Shown in pieces: positions 48,377 to 59,779 of a stretch of DNA of 64,000 nucleotides. Where the stretch lies: the NCBI GenBank assembly GCA_002189035.1, contig NEEC01000010.1:3472001-3536000 (forward strand), read 5' to 3'. A program made the position numbers and the translations under genes. The DNA is from Utricularia gibba. Lineage: Eukaryota; Plantae; Magnoliophyta. The notes below the pieces were generated by a model, which worked only from the letters and a program-made list of their open reading frames with translations, did no database searches and had not been told where the DNA came from. Position 1 is the stretch's first letter. Every line of letters begins with the position of its first letter.

Positions 48377-50423
48377 TCATGTAAAGCCAATTGTCTGGTT
48401 GGGCGAGAGGTGATGATTCCCGTTGAGGCAACCTGAACTAAACAGAGATCTTATCCAGACACTATCTGACATAACAGGTTCATCGTCGTCGTTCCGATGC
48501 CAACTCCAGAAGGCATGAGTTGAGTTGATAATTATGAACTCCCCGTGGCCAAAACTTGCTTCACGAAAGATGGACCACTTGGGCTGCGGATGGTAGTACC
48601 TGCAAGTTCTTGCATCTTTTAAGGTTGCTGCATTAACTAGAACAAAACTAGCGTAAATTGGAAGAATTTACTCTCGAGCTAGTCCTTCTCTGTTCCCACC
48701 ATCACCAATTGTTATATGAACAGCTCCACATGGATCTGAATCACCATTATACACACGATCCTGTAACAAAAACAAACTGGCCTATGAGCAGTCTAGCATT
48801 ACCTTCGCTAATAGTTGCACTTTTTTTTTTCTCAATTACCGATCGCTCATATGCATGTACATGCCCAGCAAACACCACATCAACACCAGCAGCAAAGAGC
48901 AACGGCTCCATTGCTGCTCTCATGTCATCACATTCACCTTGATGTGCCTTGTTACTGTTGTACCAAGGAGCGTGAAACAGAACAAGCAGCCATGGTGTTC
49001 TTTCTCTATCCACCCTAGAAAAATCAGTCTGCAAACCAAGATTGGATGTGAGGACCAAGGAATTCATGCAAATAAGAATAGTCCGGAGTGCAGTATGATA
49101 AGAAAAATGTGAAATTACGTGAAGACCATTTTGTTGATGGATTAGAAATTTTAAGTTCAGGAACGGACCTGTAGCCAGGCATACTGGTCCGAATTCTCGT
49201 CATAATCTGTATAAGAACCAAGCATGACAACATGAGCTCCAGCAACTTCAAATGAATAATAAAGATTAGACCTAGAACCGCTCTCTTGATATGGCATCTT
49301 CCATCTGGAATTGTAAGATTTGAAGCTGTCTTCAAACAAGAGAAGGGCCTCCTTCTCATGGTTCCCTTGAGTTACCATCCACGGCCTTGTACTTGCAAGT
49401 GGTTGAACCAGATCCCCAAATGTGTCCCATCTTCGCTGTATATAATCAGCATAGGAGAGGTCTCCAGGAAGCAAGTGAATATCATACGTGCCCTGGTCTA
49501 TGTGACTCAAAGTTGACTTGGTCCATCCAGTCTGACCCAGATCCCCAGCCACGGAGAAGGTAACTGGGAACTTAGAGGGTGGGGTTTTGAGTTGAAATTC
49601 AGGCCCTTCTCCTCCACAACGGTAGAAATATGTGGTATCATAATCAAGTGGACCAATGACAGCATGATGTATCTTCCCCGAGCTGTATAGCAAGTAACGG
49701 TAAGAAGTACTCTCACCAATAGCGGAATACCTATACTTGCTTGATGATGTTCCATATTCAACAATGGATGGAGAGTTTTTGTCATTTGTGATCCATGAGA
49801 TACGCATATGCTTATCTCCAGCTAAGGATATGTGCACCTACAATTGCCATCACATCAACATTATATATCAGGGTATGAACCCATTGATAGTGAGCCTTGA
49901 AACCCTGTGTCAGATTTATAGGGTATGCAATTAGCTAAAAAAAATAAAAAAACTGGGTCTCAAAACTTCTGTGAACATTTTTAACTTTTTCAATTATATG
50001 GAAAACTGGTCAGCTAGTTAAACCGTTCCAGATTTTGAATGGCAAAAAAAGTAAGAAAAACCAAGTTCAAAGTGGGAGGATGGTCACCTCGCATAGCATC
50101 TGACGCAATAAGATCATTTGAAAAAAGCCCAAAAAATCTAAAATTTTGATCAAGCTATCTATTGCTCCGAGCTTCAATTAACCAAGTATAATTTGGAAGA
50201 AAAAGGCGTATTACCCAAAAGGCATAGCGCAATTAAATATTAATCTCAAAATCAGGAAAGACAAAGGACGGAAATTGACCTGCTGAGGATGAGATGAGGA
50301 TTTCATGCTCGACGGAAAAGACAGCGCCTTCCTAGGCAGTGGCCGCACGTAGCGATCGGCGGCGCCGGCGGCTTCCACTGGCAGCAACAGAAGCAAAATC
50401 AGGCACCAGGGGACTTCCATCAT
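48377..50423 (-). CDS. PAP18: Purple acid phosphatase 18-like, 5 exons, secreted
   Basis: Signal peptide, [15 protein letters not shown], metal ligand motifs [31 protein letters not shown], and C-terminal GDGGNREGL / [10 protein letters not shown]. Confidence 0.93.
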
Positions 50424-51076
50424 GGGAACGAACTATGTGATTCAGCAATTAATCAACAAACGCACATAGCTGCAGTGTCCGACGGTTGAGCTTGAGTGAG
50501 AGAAACGTCTTTTCATTTGGGCTTGTTTTTCGATGCGCTGTTGCTGTAGTAAGGTCCCGTTTTCATCAAATTGGACGGGCCAGAGAGGGTCCTAGTTTTG
50601 TTTTTCAAGGCATAAAGAATGGGGGTCATTTTTAAAGTTAACCACTGTTAATTTATCTCACATACACTAAACACAAAAAAATACACGTAGGCTGCATTAA
50701 AACACAGTGGGTATTTTTCAAATTAACTAAAAGAAGGGGTGGTTGGGCCCCAGGTATCACATACGCATTTGATTTGTGGCTCCTGGCTGACGCCGAATCA
50801 CAAAAAACAAAACACAAAACGCGTCTGATGACAAAATATCATCCTTGTTCTTAAAAGAGGACCGACCACGCGCACAGGCGACCGACATTAGCTGGTGGAT
50901 GCATTCACGCCACAAGCATCACAACAATCGGGTTCTGAGCATACAACACAGCGCACGCTGCGGATATTTTTCTACAGATGACGGAAAACAGGCAAGCCAA
51001 TGTCTGGAGGAGAAGTGATGTATGCTACGTATATCTGAAGGAGTAGGGTTTTCTTCAAACAACCGACGTCCCAGGT

Positions 51077-51418
51077 CTAGAACCCATGAATCTTGATTTG
51101 ATCCTTCTTCACAATCCCTGCGTTGACCAAGAACAGGGAAGCATTCTTGCGTTGATCACCTTGGAGCTGAATCACCTTCCCAAGTTCCTTATCCTGCACA
51201 ACGTTCCCGTTGCAACAGAAATCTTTCTTCAAATCTTTAAGGATTTTGTCGTAGCTGAATTCCTTCCTCAATCCTTGCACCGTCGTCAGGCTCTTCTTTC
51301 CGTTCCTCTGCTGAATCCGAATATGCACATATTCCTTAGCCCCAGGGGCACCAGCTGATTCCTTGGCCTCCGCGAAGGGATCGAATGCACTTGGAATTTG
51401 AACCTCCAGATCAACCAT
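51077..51418 (-). CDS. SUI1: Translation initiation factor eIF1/SUI1 (MVDL-type paralog), intronless CDS with 5'UTR intron 51427-51700
   Basis: YVHIRIQQRNGKKSLTTVQGL, DLKKDFCCNGNVVQD, IQLQGDQR, IKIHGF*. Confidence 0.97.
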   Translation of the reverse strand: MVDLEVQIPSAFDPFAEAKESAGAPGAKEYVHIRIQQRNGKKSLTTVQGLRKEFSYDKILKDLKKDFCCNGNVVQDKELGKVIQLQGDQRKNASLFLVNAGIVKKDQIKIHGF

Positions 51419-52252
51419 CAAACTTGCTGCCACAAACCAAACAAATTAAGCAAAACCGCAAGGTTTATATGTTCCATTTTACACCAGTAATCAAAAGAAA
51501 ACAAAAAAAAAAGGCCACACCAGCCACTTGGAAGATTAAAGATCCAGAATCCAAACAACAAGAAACGGGTCCTTTTTCATTTGTAGAAACCGCTAAACCA
51601 AAAGACACAACAGACTCAACAAAATGATCCGAGAAGCAAGAAAATCTAAAGGAAAGCAAAGATGCGGTGCTGTGCTGTTCGTGAGAAGAAAGATGCGTAC
51701 CTACACGGGCACAGGCGAGACGCGAAGACGAATTAGTGCCGGAGCGTTCGAATTAATCAATGGTAAATGAAATGGAGTTGTGCACAGATTTATATAAGCG
51801 CGGCCTTAGACGCCATGGATGGATGGATGAAGAAGCTGTATGCATTCTAGGCCCTTCGACACAATTTGCCAACAAAAAAAAATAATAATAAAACATGCGG
51901 CCTAGGCTTGATCTGGGTGGGCCCATATCGGGATCCCAACGTGCGTTCTTCGAATCCAACTTTGATACATCTTTTAACCTCTAAAATGTCATCCATCCCC
52001 TTGAATTTTTCATTAGGTTTTCCAAATTCACTCAACATGCAAAAACGAAAAGGAATTTGCCACCCCCCCCGTTGACTTGGAATGCCCCTCTAATAGCCAC
52101 GGCCTACTACGGTACACGAAGGAGCAATACTTACTTTTCATTTCTCTTGCTACTACCAATATTACTTTCAGCTGCTGATAGCCTTGCCGCGCGGCGCACC
52201 GACCGGCGGCATGGGGAATAATTAATAGCTAAACCAGGGTGGGACCAGAAGA

Positions 52253-54586
52253 CTAGTGTGTAGGAGAGATTTTCAAGATCCCTTCCCGCTGCAGCTCAAC
52301 CAAGACGCTGTCCAAAGACGGAGGTCTCAACCCGATCGGGAGTGGCAGCCACGGCCTGGCTAGAACATCCTCAATTGCTCTGTCCACGCTTTCTTTTGAC
52401 TGTTTCACATCATCACCAACAACCCATTATAAAACCACAACTCTACTTGGCTTTCCTTGTCTCAAGAGAACTGAACAAAATGACTCGTGCCCTTTTCTCG
52501 GCCCTCGCCAACACAACCCAGCACAAACACAACTTGAAAACACAGAAGAGACAGATAGGTGACTCACTGGCGGAATTGGAAAAGACGGTTGGGCAGGAAG
52601 TTTCGGTAGACCATGGAGAGGGCTTACTCTATATATATCAGTCTGCGGCACTCCGGGAACTGGAAGCGTAGTCGAATAGTTCTGTATGAAAAAGAAGCGC
52701 ATATCAAGATGGCATTGTTTTTTCATGAACGCAACAATTTGAAATACACTCACATATCGACCGTGGTGGTGGGAATAATACCAAAAATACGGGTCCATGA
52801 AAAGTGGGGCTTGAGGTGGTTGAGGCCATCGCCACATATGCGCGAATGGCTGATCCGTGGATGGATGACCCCAGACACAGCAAGGTGTCAAGTTAGGCGG
52901 GGGAAACCCCATCGTTGGTACATTGCAATCACTGGCATCAGCAGCTCCGTGGATCAGGTGCCTCTGCTTCGAGCTAGCAAGCTGAGCTTCTCGAGCTAGC
53001 AACCGCCTCTTATGCGTTCGATATTTCTGTTATCAAATGATGAATATATAGCTAGTAAATTACCAGATATTCTGCACTAGAACTTCAAAAGGGCACTCCA
53101 AGACTATGCAAATCGCTTTTAACAAAATAGAAAAAAAAAAAAAAAGCATCCCCACGGTCTGTAGATCATTGCTGTTTTGCTATAGTAGATACTAGATTGT
53201 GTAGCTGGACAGTCAATTGCACTGGATGTTCTTGAGACGGAAAGGGGTCTAAGAAATGGCTTCATGAAATTTGGCTCATTTATAGCCATCGAAACGTTTG
53301 AACGAAAGAACCGTGAAAATAATACGTATGTCCAAGAAATAAAAAATTCAAGTAGACTTGGGAGATGCTAAGATACGACAGGAAGGTGACCAGTGATTGG
53401 AATCCGGATTTCATTCAGCAGAAGATGAGATTCTAACGTTCCTTATTGATAGTAGAACTATCAAGTTTAAATCAGGACAAACTTTTGAGAGAAGACTGAA
53501 AATATCAACTAAGTTAGGTTTATATAACGAAAAGCCAAGAATCATAGATGATCTCACACTAAACTTCCAGTGACCATCAAGCAGCGCATCTTACACATGA
53601 AATTGTATGATTAAACCAAGGCACCAACAGGTAAAGCAAGCAAACATACTTGGAGGTGGCTAGCCACATTGTGCCTTGTGAGACAGTTGATTCCCATTAG
53701 CTCTAGAATCCTGGAAGGAACAGCCTTTTCCAATCCTAACTCCTCCACAGCTTGTACGAACTGCTTGTGGAGTTCTGGAGTCCAGTCAACCTACAACCAT
53801 TTCAAAGAAGCAATCACTGGAGGCTTCAAGTATGTGTAACGACTGCAGAACAAAGGCAAGCGGTTGCTCAGATCATAAATATTGAGCACATTCTATGAGT
53901 GATACTCTTTTAGGTAACCAAGGACGCATAAGTTGGAAGCTCTCCAGATAAATGCTCGGATTCCCATGAACATGAGACGAGAGGGACCATAAAACACAAT
54001 TCTTTTGCTCCAAGCTTTTTCTAAGACAGTATATTAAATCACTTGTTTGTGCCCCGTCTAACTGACATTTCAGCTGCAGCTATTTATATTCATTCTTAGT
54101 ATAGGAAAAATAAAATAAAATGAAAATCCAATTGTGTTTTGGGGAAACTTCGGTTAGCATTGAAACTTTGTGATGAGCAGGGGAAACATTTTGGATTTTC
54201 TTTTTTGGAGATGACCAACGTCTACAACAAAAACTGGACTTTTTCTTATTTGGCCAGTGAGTTTTGGTTCAACTACGAGCTCGGACAATTCTTTCTTTCA
54301 CAGCCTAAAACCAAACTCGAAATTATGGAGAAATAGCGTATTGTAGAATAAGTGCGTGATAGCGTACCCCCATCACGAATCCCGCAGATGAGGATCCCTA
54401 ACTTACCTTGATTTTCCTCTTCCCAGGAGGATTCTTAGTTGATTGTCCACCTCGGCCAACTTCCGGATCAACCACAGCAGCTTCCATCTTTGTTTTCGAT
54501 CCGGAAGCTGTTTCTGCAAACGACTTCTCACTGGACCCCGATGCCTCATTCTCGTGAGTCTGCATCTCTTCAGAATCTGACTCCAT
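52253..54586 (-). CDS. GLK: GOLDEN2-LIKE GARP transcription factor with short N-terminus, 5 exons
   Basis: KRKIK|[47 protein letters not shown]|KYR and GCT box [40 protein letters not shown]. Confidence 0.9.
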
Positions 54587-55636
54587 TTTAAATCACAGGT
54601 CACGGCCTGTACCACCACCAGAAGTAGCAACTAGCAAGAACTCAGTGAAAATTTACTGAGTGATGGGTGAGCAATAGGGAGCACCCCGCCAACTCCATGA
54701 GGGTTGGCCAATGGCTGGGCTGGAATGACTCGTCCGAAAGACGAGTAGTTTCTTCTATTCCGCAATCGTATGCACTTCGCCTGTTGTTAGAAATTCTCCC
54801 ACTTGCTCTCACTAAATTGCACATTACTCTTTTCCTCGATCGCGACTGCGGTGCCCCCGTGGACCAGACCAGTCTTTGGAGCGAGTTGCAGGGTGTGGGG
54901 ACCATCAGCTTGTTGGTGCTCGGTCAGTGGGTGTGGAATGGCGAGGTAGCTGGGACCAATCGCACTGTTGATTTACTTTTCCTTTTTGAAAGTGATGGGA
55001 GCCGGTGGCGAAGTTAATTATCATCCTCATGAGTTCCTTTGAAATGTGAGGCCCCATCCTTTTACTTTGGCTAAAAAGGGCTGGGTTCCTATTAAGCATA
55101 CCTATGAAATGAAGCAACGTATCAATTAGGACAGATGTAACATCGCCGCCACCGTTTCTCCTCGGCCGGTGGCAGTGGTTGTTGTGGCCGTGGGAAAGTA
55201 CATCGACGCCAGACGTGGATTGCAAGAAGCCGAAAATCCACCCCCTTCCATTTCAATGGCTTCTAGCTCTTCGAGAAACGATTGCATTGCTCATCGTCAT
55301 GTTGGGGAATGAGCGGAGGTCACTGATCCCCTTCAGCCATCTCTTCACACCGATAACATGGAGTGATACTCCGCAACGTTGATTCTAAAATCCGTTTTCC
55401 AGGACGCTTTTTCGGCCACTGAGTGCTTTCATACAGTGCAGAAGCCAAAATCCGAGATCACAATACATAAACCAGCATGCTTTAGCACATCTTCTTCAGC
55501 ATAAATGTAGATACAATAATACAAAAACTAGAGGCCCAATGCAGGTGTTTAAAGCATCCACCGAGTCCCTTTATTAAACACTTCATCATGAGATTCAAAA
55601 GATGTAACTCGTATACATACCAACCACTGCTTTTTG

Positions 55637-57644
55637 TTAACTAGACCAGCCTCTCTGAGAGCCACCATTCAGTCTGTCAAGTACCGAGTTGAAATCGACC
55701 GACTGACCACTCTCCTCCAGTCTCTGGATTGCGCCAGCAACATGCTCCCCCTGTATCCCATGCTGACAAGCTTCTCAATCAGTTCATTGTATGGATGGCT
55801 TCGTGTTGACTGAGGAGGTGCCATATTTTGGATTTGGATGCGTGGTGGGTTTTGTAGAGATGGAGGGTAAGGCCCTTGTTGGTAATGTGCTGTCCTTCCT
55901 CCTTCACCGCCATAAATCATGAAGTTATTTCCAAGTGGATGTGCAGGGCGGGGGCCATTAGGGATATATGCATCTCCAGATTGTGCACCGTACCCAACCT
56001 TGACTTGCTGTGCAGATAATTGTTGAATTTGCTTACCAGAGTTTCCATATACAAAAGACATAGCCTCAGGGCTAGCGGAACCAAGCAGTGGTTGAGCAGA
56101 AAATGGCACTTGCACAGGAATGCTGCCAGGTGCCATATCTGGTGGTGTAGAATTTGACTGGCCAGGTAAATATGAGGGATACAGAAGCTGCGAGGAAGTT
56201 CTGCTCTGAGGTTGTTGCATTACTTGCTGCTGGGAAGGTTGAGGTGTTTGTTGCAGCTGGTGGGGCCATTGTTGCTGATAGGGGCAACAGACTGGATCTG
56301 CGGGCTTTGGTTTATTTGGGATTGTCCCTGCATTCTAGCAACCTCTTGCACTTGTGATTGATTTGGTAGGTACTGTGACTGGGATGGTTGGGGAGGAGTG
56401 GCCAATTGTGTTGGGGTCATGTAATATCCCTGCACTTGTGGCATACTTTGTGGTGGCATACTAGAGGAGGGTTGCGTAGGTGGCTGCTGAGGGAGTGGTG
56501 GTGATGGTGCAGCAACTTGGTGAGGTACAAGTGCCAATCTCTGATCATGCGACTCAGTAGACAAGTCAAGGTTTGTTGTTTCAGAAGAGGGCACTGGAGC
56601 TCTATCCTCGTTTTGCTGAGGTTTGGTAGGGGAAGGGCTTTCTTTTTGAGCAAGCTGAAGCTTTGCTAGTTCCTTTTGAGTATGTGCAAGCTCTTGTTTA
56701 TCCCTCAGGATCTGTACGGACCTATGGACCTGCATTTGGAACGAACGTCAACCGTTTATCAAGCAATGAAAGAGATCTAAGCTAGTAGTTGCAGTCATCC
56801 ACCATAAATCCAGGAAAACAATGGGTAAAGGCGAAATAGTTGTGTTTAAACAAGATAGAAACGTGCCTCTTTCACATGCTTTTCCAGGGACTTAAGCCTA
56901 GATTCTGACTCCTGACGATCACGGTTTAAATCTGAACGCAGCTCTCCAATTGACTTGTCAACATTGTAGCAGTAAAGTTCCAACTGTGACAAACGAGAGC
57001 TAATACCCTCCAGAAAACGCATAAGATTATCCGTGTACTTCTTCACAGTGTTTTCCACAACAGAAGTAACTTCTTGATTGAAAGAAGATTCTTCAGGAGG
57101 ACTGTAAGTTGATGCAGGAAAAACTGATAATCTGGACATCCTACTTTTGTGAAATTCCTGGTAAAAAATAACACGCCACTCTCTTTAGAAAGCATGACCA
57201 TAGAGCTTAATTGTTAACAATCTTAATATAAGCACAAGCTTCCACGTAATGGCGATTGAATGGCACACAAAGAAAATTCGACGAAAAGCAGCCACTCAGC
57301 GGAATAGCGGGTGCACAAAACTCAGAAAATTAAAAAGATAACTAAAAAGGCGATAATCATCAGCATACACAAGAAAACCCTAAAAATCACACCCCCCCCC
57401 CCCCCCAACGAAAACAGTAAACACGATGCAACAACGAGAACCTAATTACATGAAGATTATCTGAAAAAAAAGGGGAAAAAAAAACTGCCTTAGAGGAGTC
57501 AGGCGCTAGCGAAGAATCGACATGGCTTCCGTTGTTTCCATCCTGGTTCCCGTAATCCTCGTAGGAACAAAGAATATCATCTGATGCGAAATCGAAAGGT
57601 TTGGAACCAGCAACATTTCCTCTCCCCGAAGGACCTGATGCCAT
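55637..57644 (-). CDS. FLOE1: FLOE1-like prion-like DUF1421 protein, 3 exons; two -1 homopolymer frameshifts as sequenced
   Basis: MASGPSGR..KPFDFASDDILCSYEDY, LEGISSRLSQLELYCYN, VHRSVQILRDKQEL, Q/P/S-rich region, HPYNELIEKLVSMG, and in the shifted frame IQRLEESGQSVDFNSVLDRL..QRGW. Confidence 0.9.
57392..57406. repeat. C15 homopolymer (G15 on the sense strand) in FLOE1 intron 1
   Basis: Direct reading of the sequence. Confidence 0.85.
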
Positions 57645-58260
57645 AGATGATCTACCTAGATGAGGGTTGAAATGAAAGGGGTCGTCAACGAGAAGTGCTT
57701 CACCTGCCTTAGACCGGAAGGATCATAAATAAATAAAAACAATCATTGCAGGAATTCTTATTGGAATTGGGCCTTTGCGCCACAGAACGATGTAAATTAA
57801 AGGATGAGTATGCCCAGTGGGAGAGCCCATTAAAGACAATCTAGGCCCAAGGGGCATTACGCTATTCTCAACTTTAGGGAAAGAATTAAATCATCATGAG
57901 ATAAATGCTGGCTTCCAATTGCGGGGCTTGAATCATCGGACAGGGCTTGTGGTGCCACTGAACCCTTTGAAATGGGATATGCATGTAACGCCCAAAATCT
58001 GCTTACCTGTTCTGATGCATCCAAATGTGCATTTTGGTATTCACTTCACCTACGAAACACAACGAAGAACATATACTACACTACAACCGTTACATACTTC
58101 GAAGTATATGTTCATGCCTTCATGTTCTTAATCCGCTATGCATCGTAAAACGAAACTGTTGTACATTTGTAACTTGGAATATCAAGCAGCAAAAAATGTT
58201 CATCCGGTTATTATATCTCATAGCACCTTATCCCATCCAACATGGCGGAGGCGACATCAT

Positions 58261-59336
58261 CTATTTGCTCCACCCTGCGGGGCCCCCTGGGCAAGTTTTC
58301 GCTCCATTTTCAGCCGGCTTTGTTGTCATTTGTGGTCTTCTCAAAAACTTGAGCGGCCATCTTCTCGGTTTCACTAAACCCCCTAATTTCATTTGCTCTT
58401 TCATAACCCTGCGGTTGGTAAACCATGCTCCCCCACGCCAACCAAATAAATACCTGTTGTGACATTGGGAAAAGGGGCCTGGAAATTAGAAACCAAGGGC
58501 TGCTGAGAAGCATACAGGAAACACTGTCTCACTCACCCGAGGATGAAACTGGTTCCGGCCGTAGCGACACAAGCTTGAAGACTCATACTTCCTGAAACCA
58601 GATTCTTAACCACGTGTTCATCCATAGATTTGTTTTTCATCTGACACATGAAGACCACAGTGCCACCATGAGGGAAAAAATGGAATCATCAACACTGCCT
58701 CAAAGACTGAATAAAGCAGCAGTGATTGGAGGATGCATTTGATCAAGAATAACAGTAACAAAAAATTACAGCTTTCTCAATGGATTCAAGCCTTCGGTCA
58801 ACTCTTGACTCGTGAAAGTGACGCAAGGTATACCCTGTCAAAAAATAGCAATCAATCACCCTGGAATTTCATATGAACTCGGTTTTCTCAACGCAAACCT
58901 GCATAGCCGTAAAATCTTTCAGGAATGAGAAATTTTCTAAATCGAAATCAATACTGGAAAAATTCCAGACTTGCACATGCTTTCGTTAGTTTGAATCAGA
59001 GCCGCAGTAGCTGTTAGCCAACAAAGTAATCAAATCAAGATCATAGAAAGAAAGAGAGACCTGCCCAAGCTGTAGCAACAGAGGCTACGGAAGTGCAGAC
59101 AGTGAAAACCACCTTATGCCTCTCAAATAATTCCTGAAATACCACAAGTAACAACCCGAACCAAAACATTTGCCTAAAAAAAACTCATCAAAGGTGCTTC
59201 GCTATACCTTGGAGGCAAAGAATGTGTCCTGGACGGCATGCATCGATTTTAAGGCTTTTCGCCTAAACAGAGGCACGGAAAGACAATTCGTGATCACAAA
59301 GCCTGAGGCCCTCAACCGTCGCAACCTACCGTACAT
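58261..59336 (-). CDS. Conserved plant membrane protein of unknown function, probably mitochondrial, 5 exons
   Basis: Arg-rich presequence-like MYGRLRRLRASG, AVQDTFFASK|ELFERHKVVFTVCTSVASVATAWAG|YTLRHFHESRVDRRLESIE, ATAGTSFILG|YLFGWRGGAWFTNRR. Two hydrophobic segments; all junctions are phase-consistent. Confidence 0.82.
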
Positions 59337-59779
59337 TGAATGAAAACCTGCTGATTTTGACTTCGATCCCTTGGTTGATTAGAGTTCCGAAATTGGCGGT
59401 CTCCAAATGGCTTGCTGAGAAGCAACAGTGTCAAATAGGGTTGGGGAAGGAACCTCTTCGCTTGGGTGATTTAAAGTCTTTTTGAAAATCTAAATCCACC
59501 CCCGAAAACAATATTTTTATTCAACAATATCACTCTAACGGCAGAAAAACAAGACATGATTGCTTTTCGTTTTGAACTAACGATAAGCTGCCGGCCATTT
59601 TATGCCAGCACCCAGCAGGGCGGAGGGAGGCGATTAAGGAATGGATTGCTTGTTCCGGAGTATCTGGATTTAGACGAGGTGTTGGAATAGGAAGTGCATC
59701 ATCAGTAAATGTGTTGGGTCGAAATATATTTATCTCAAAATCTAGAGCTACGATCAGTCTTGTTCTTGAGTCTGCCTGG

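Noticed and set aside
54642-55382. ORFs upstream of GLK as a missing N-terminal exon or separate gene
   Set aside because: No GLK-like or other recognisable motifs. The region looks like promoter or leader sequence with CCAAT boxes.
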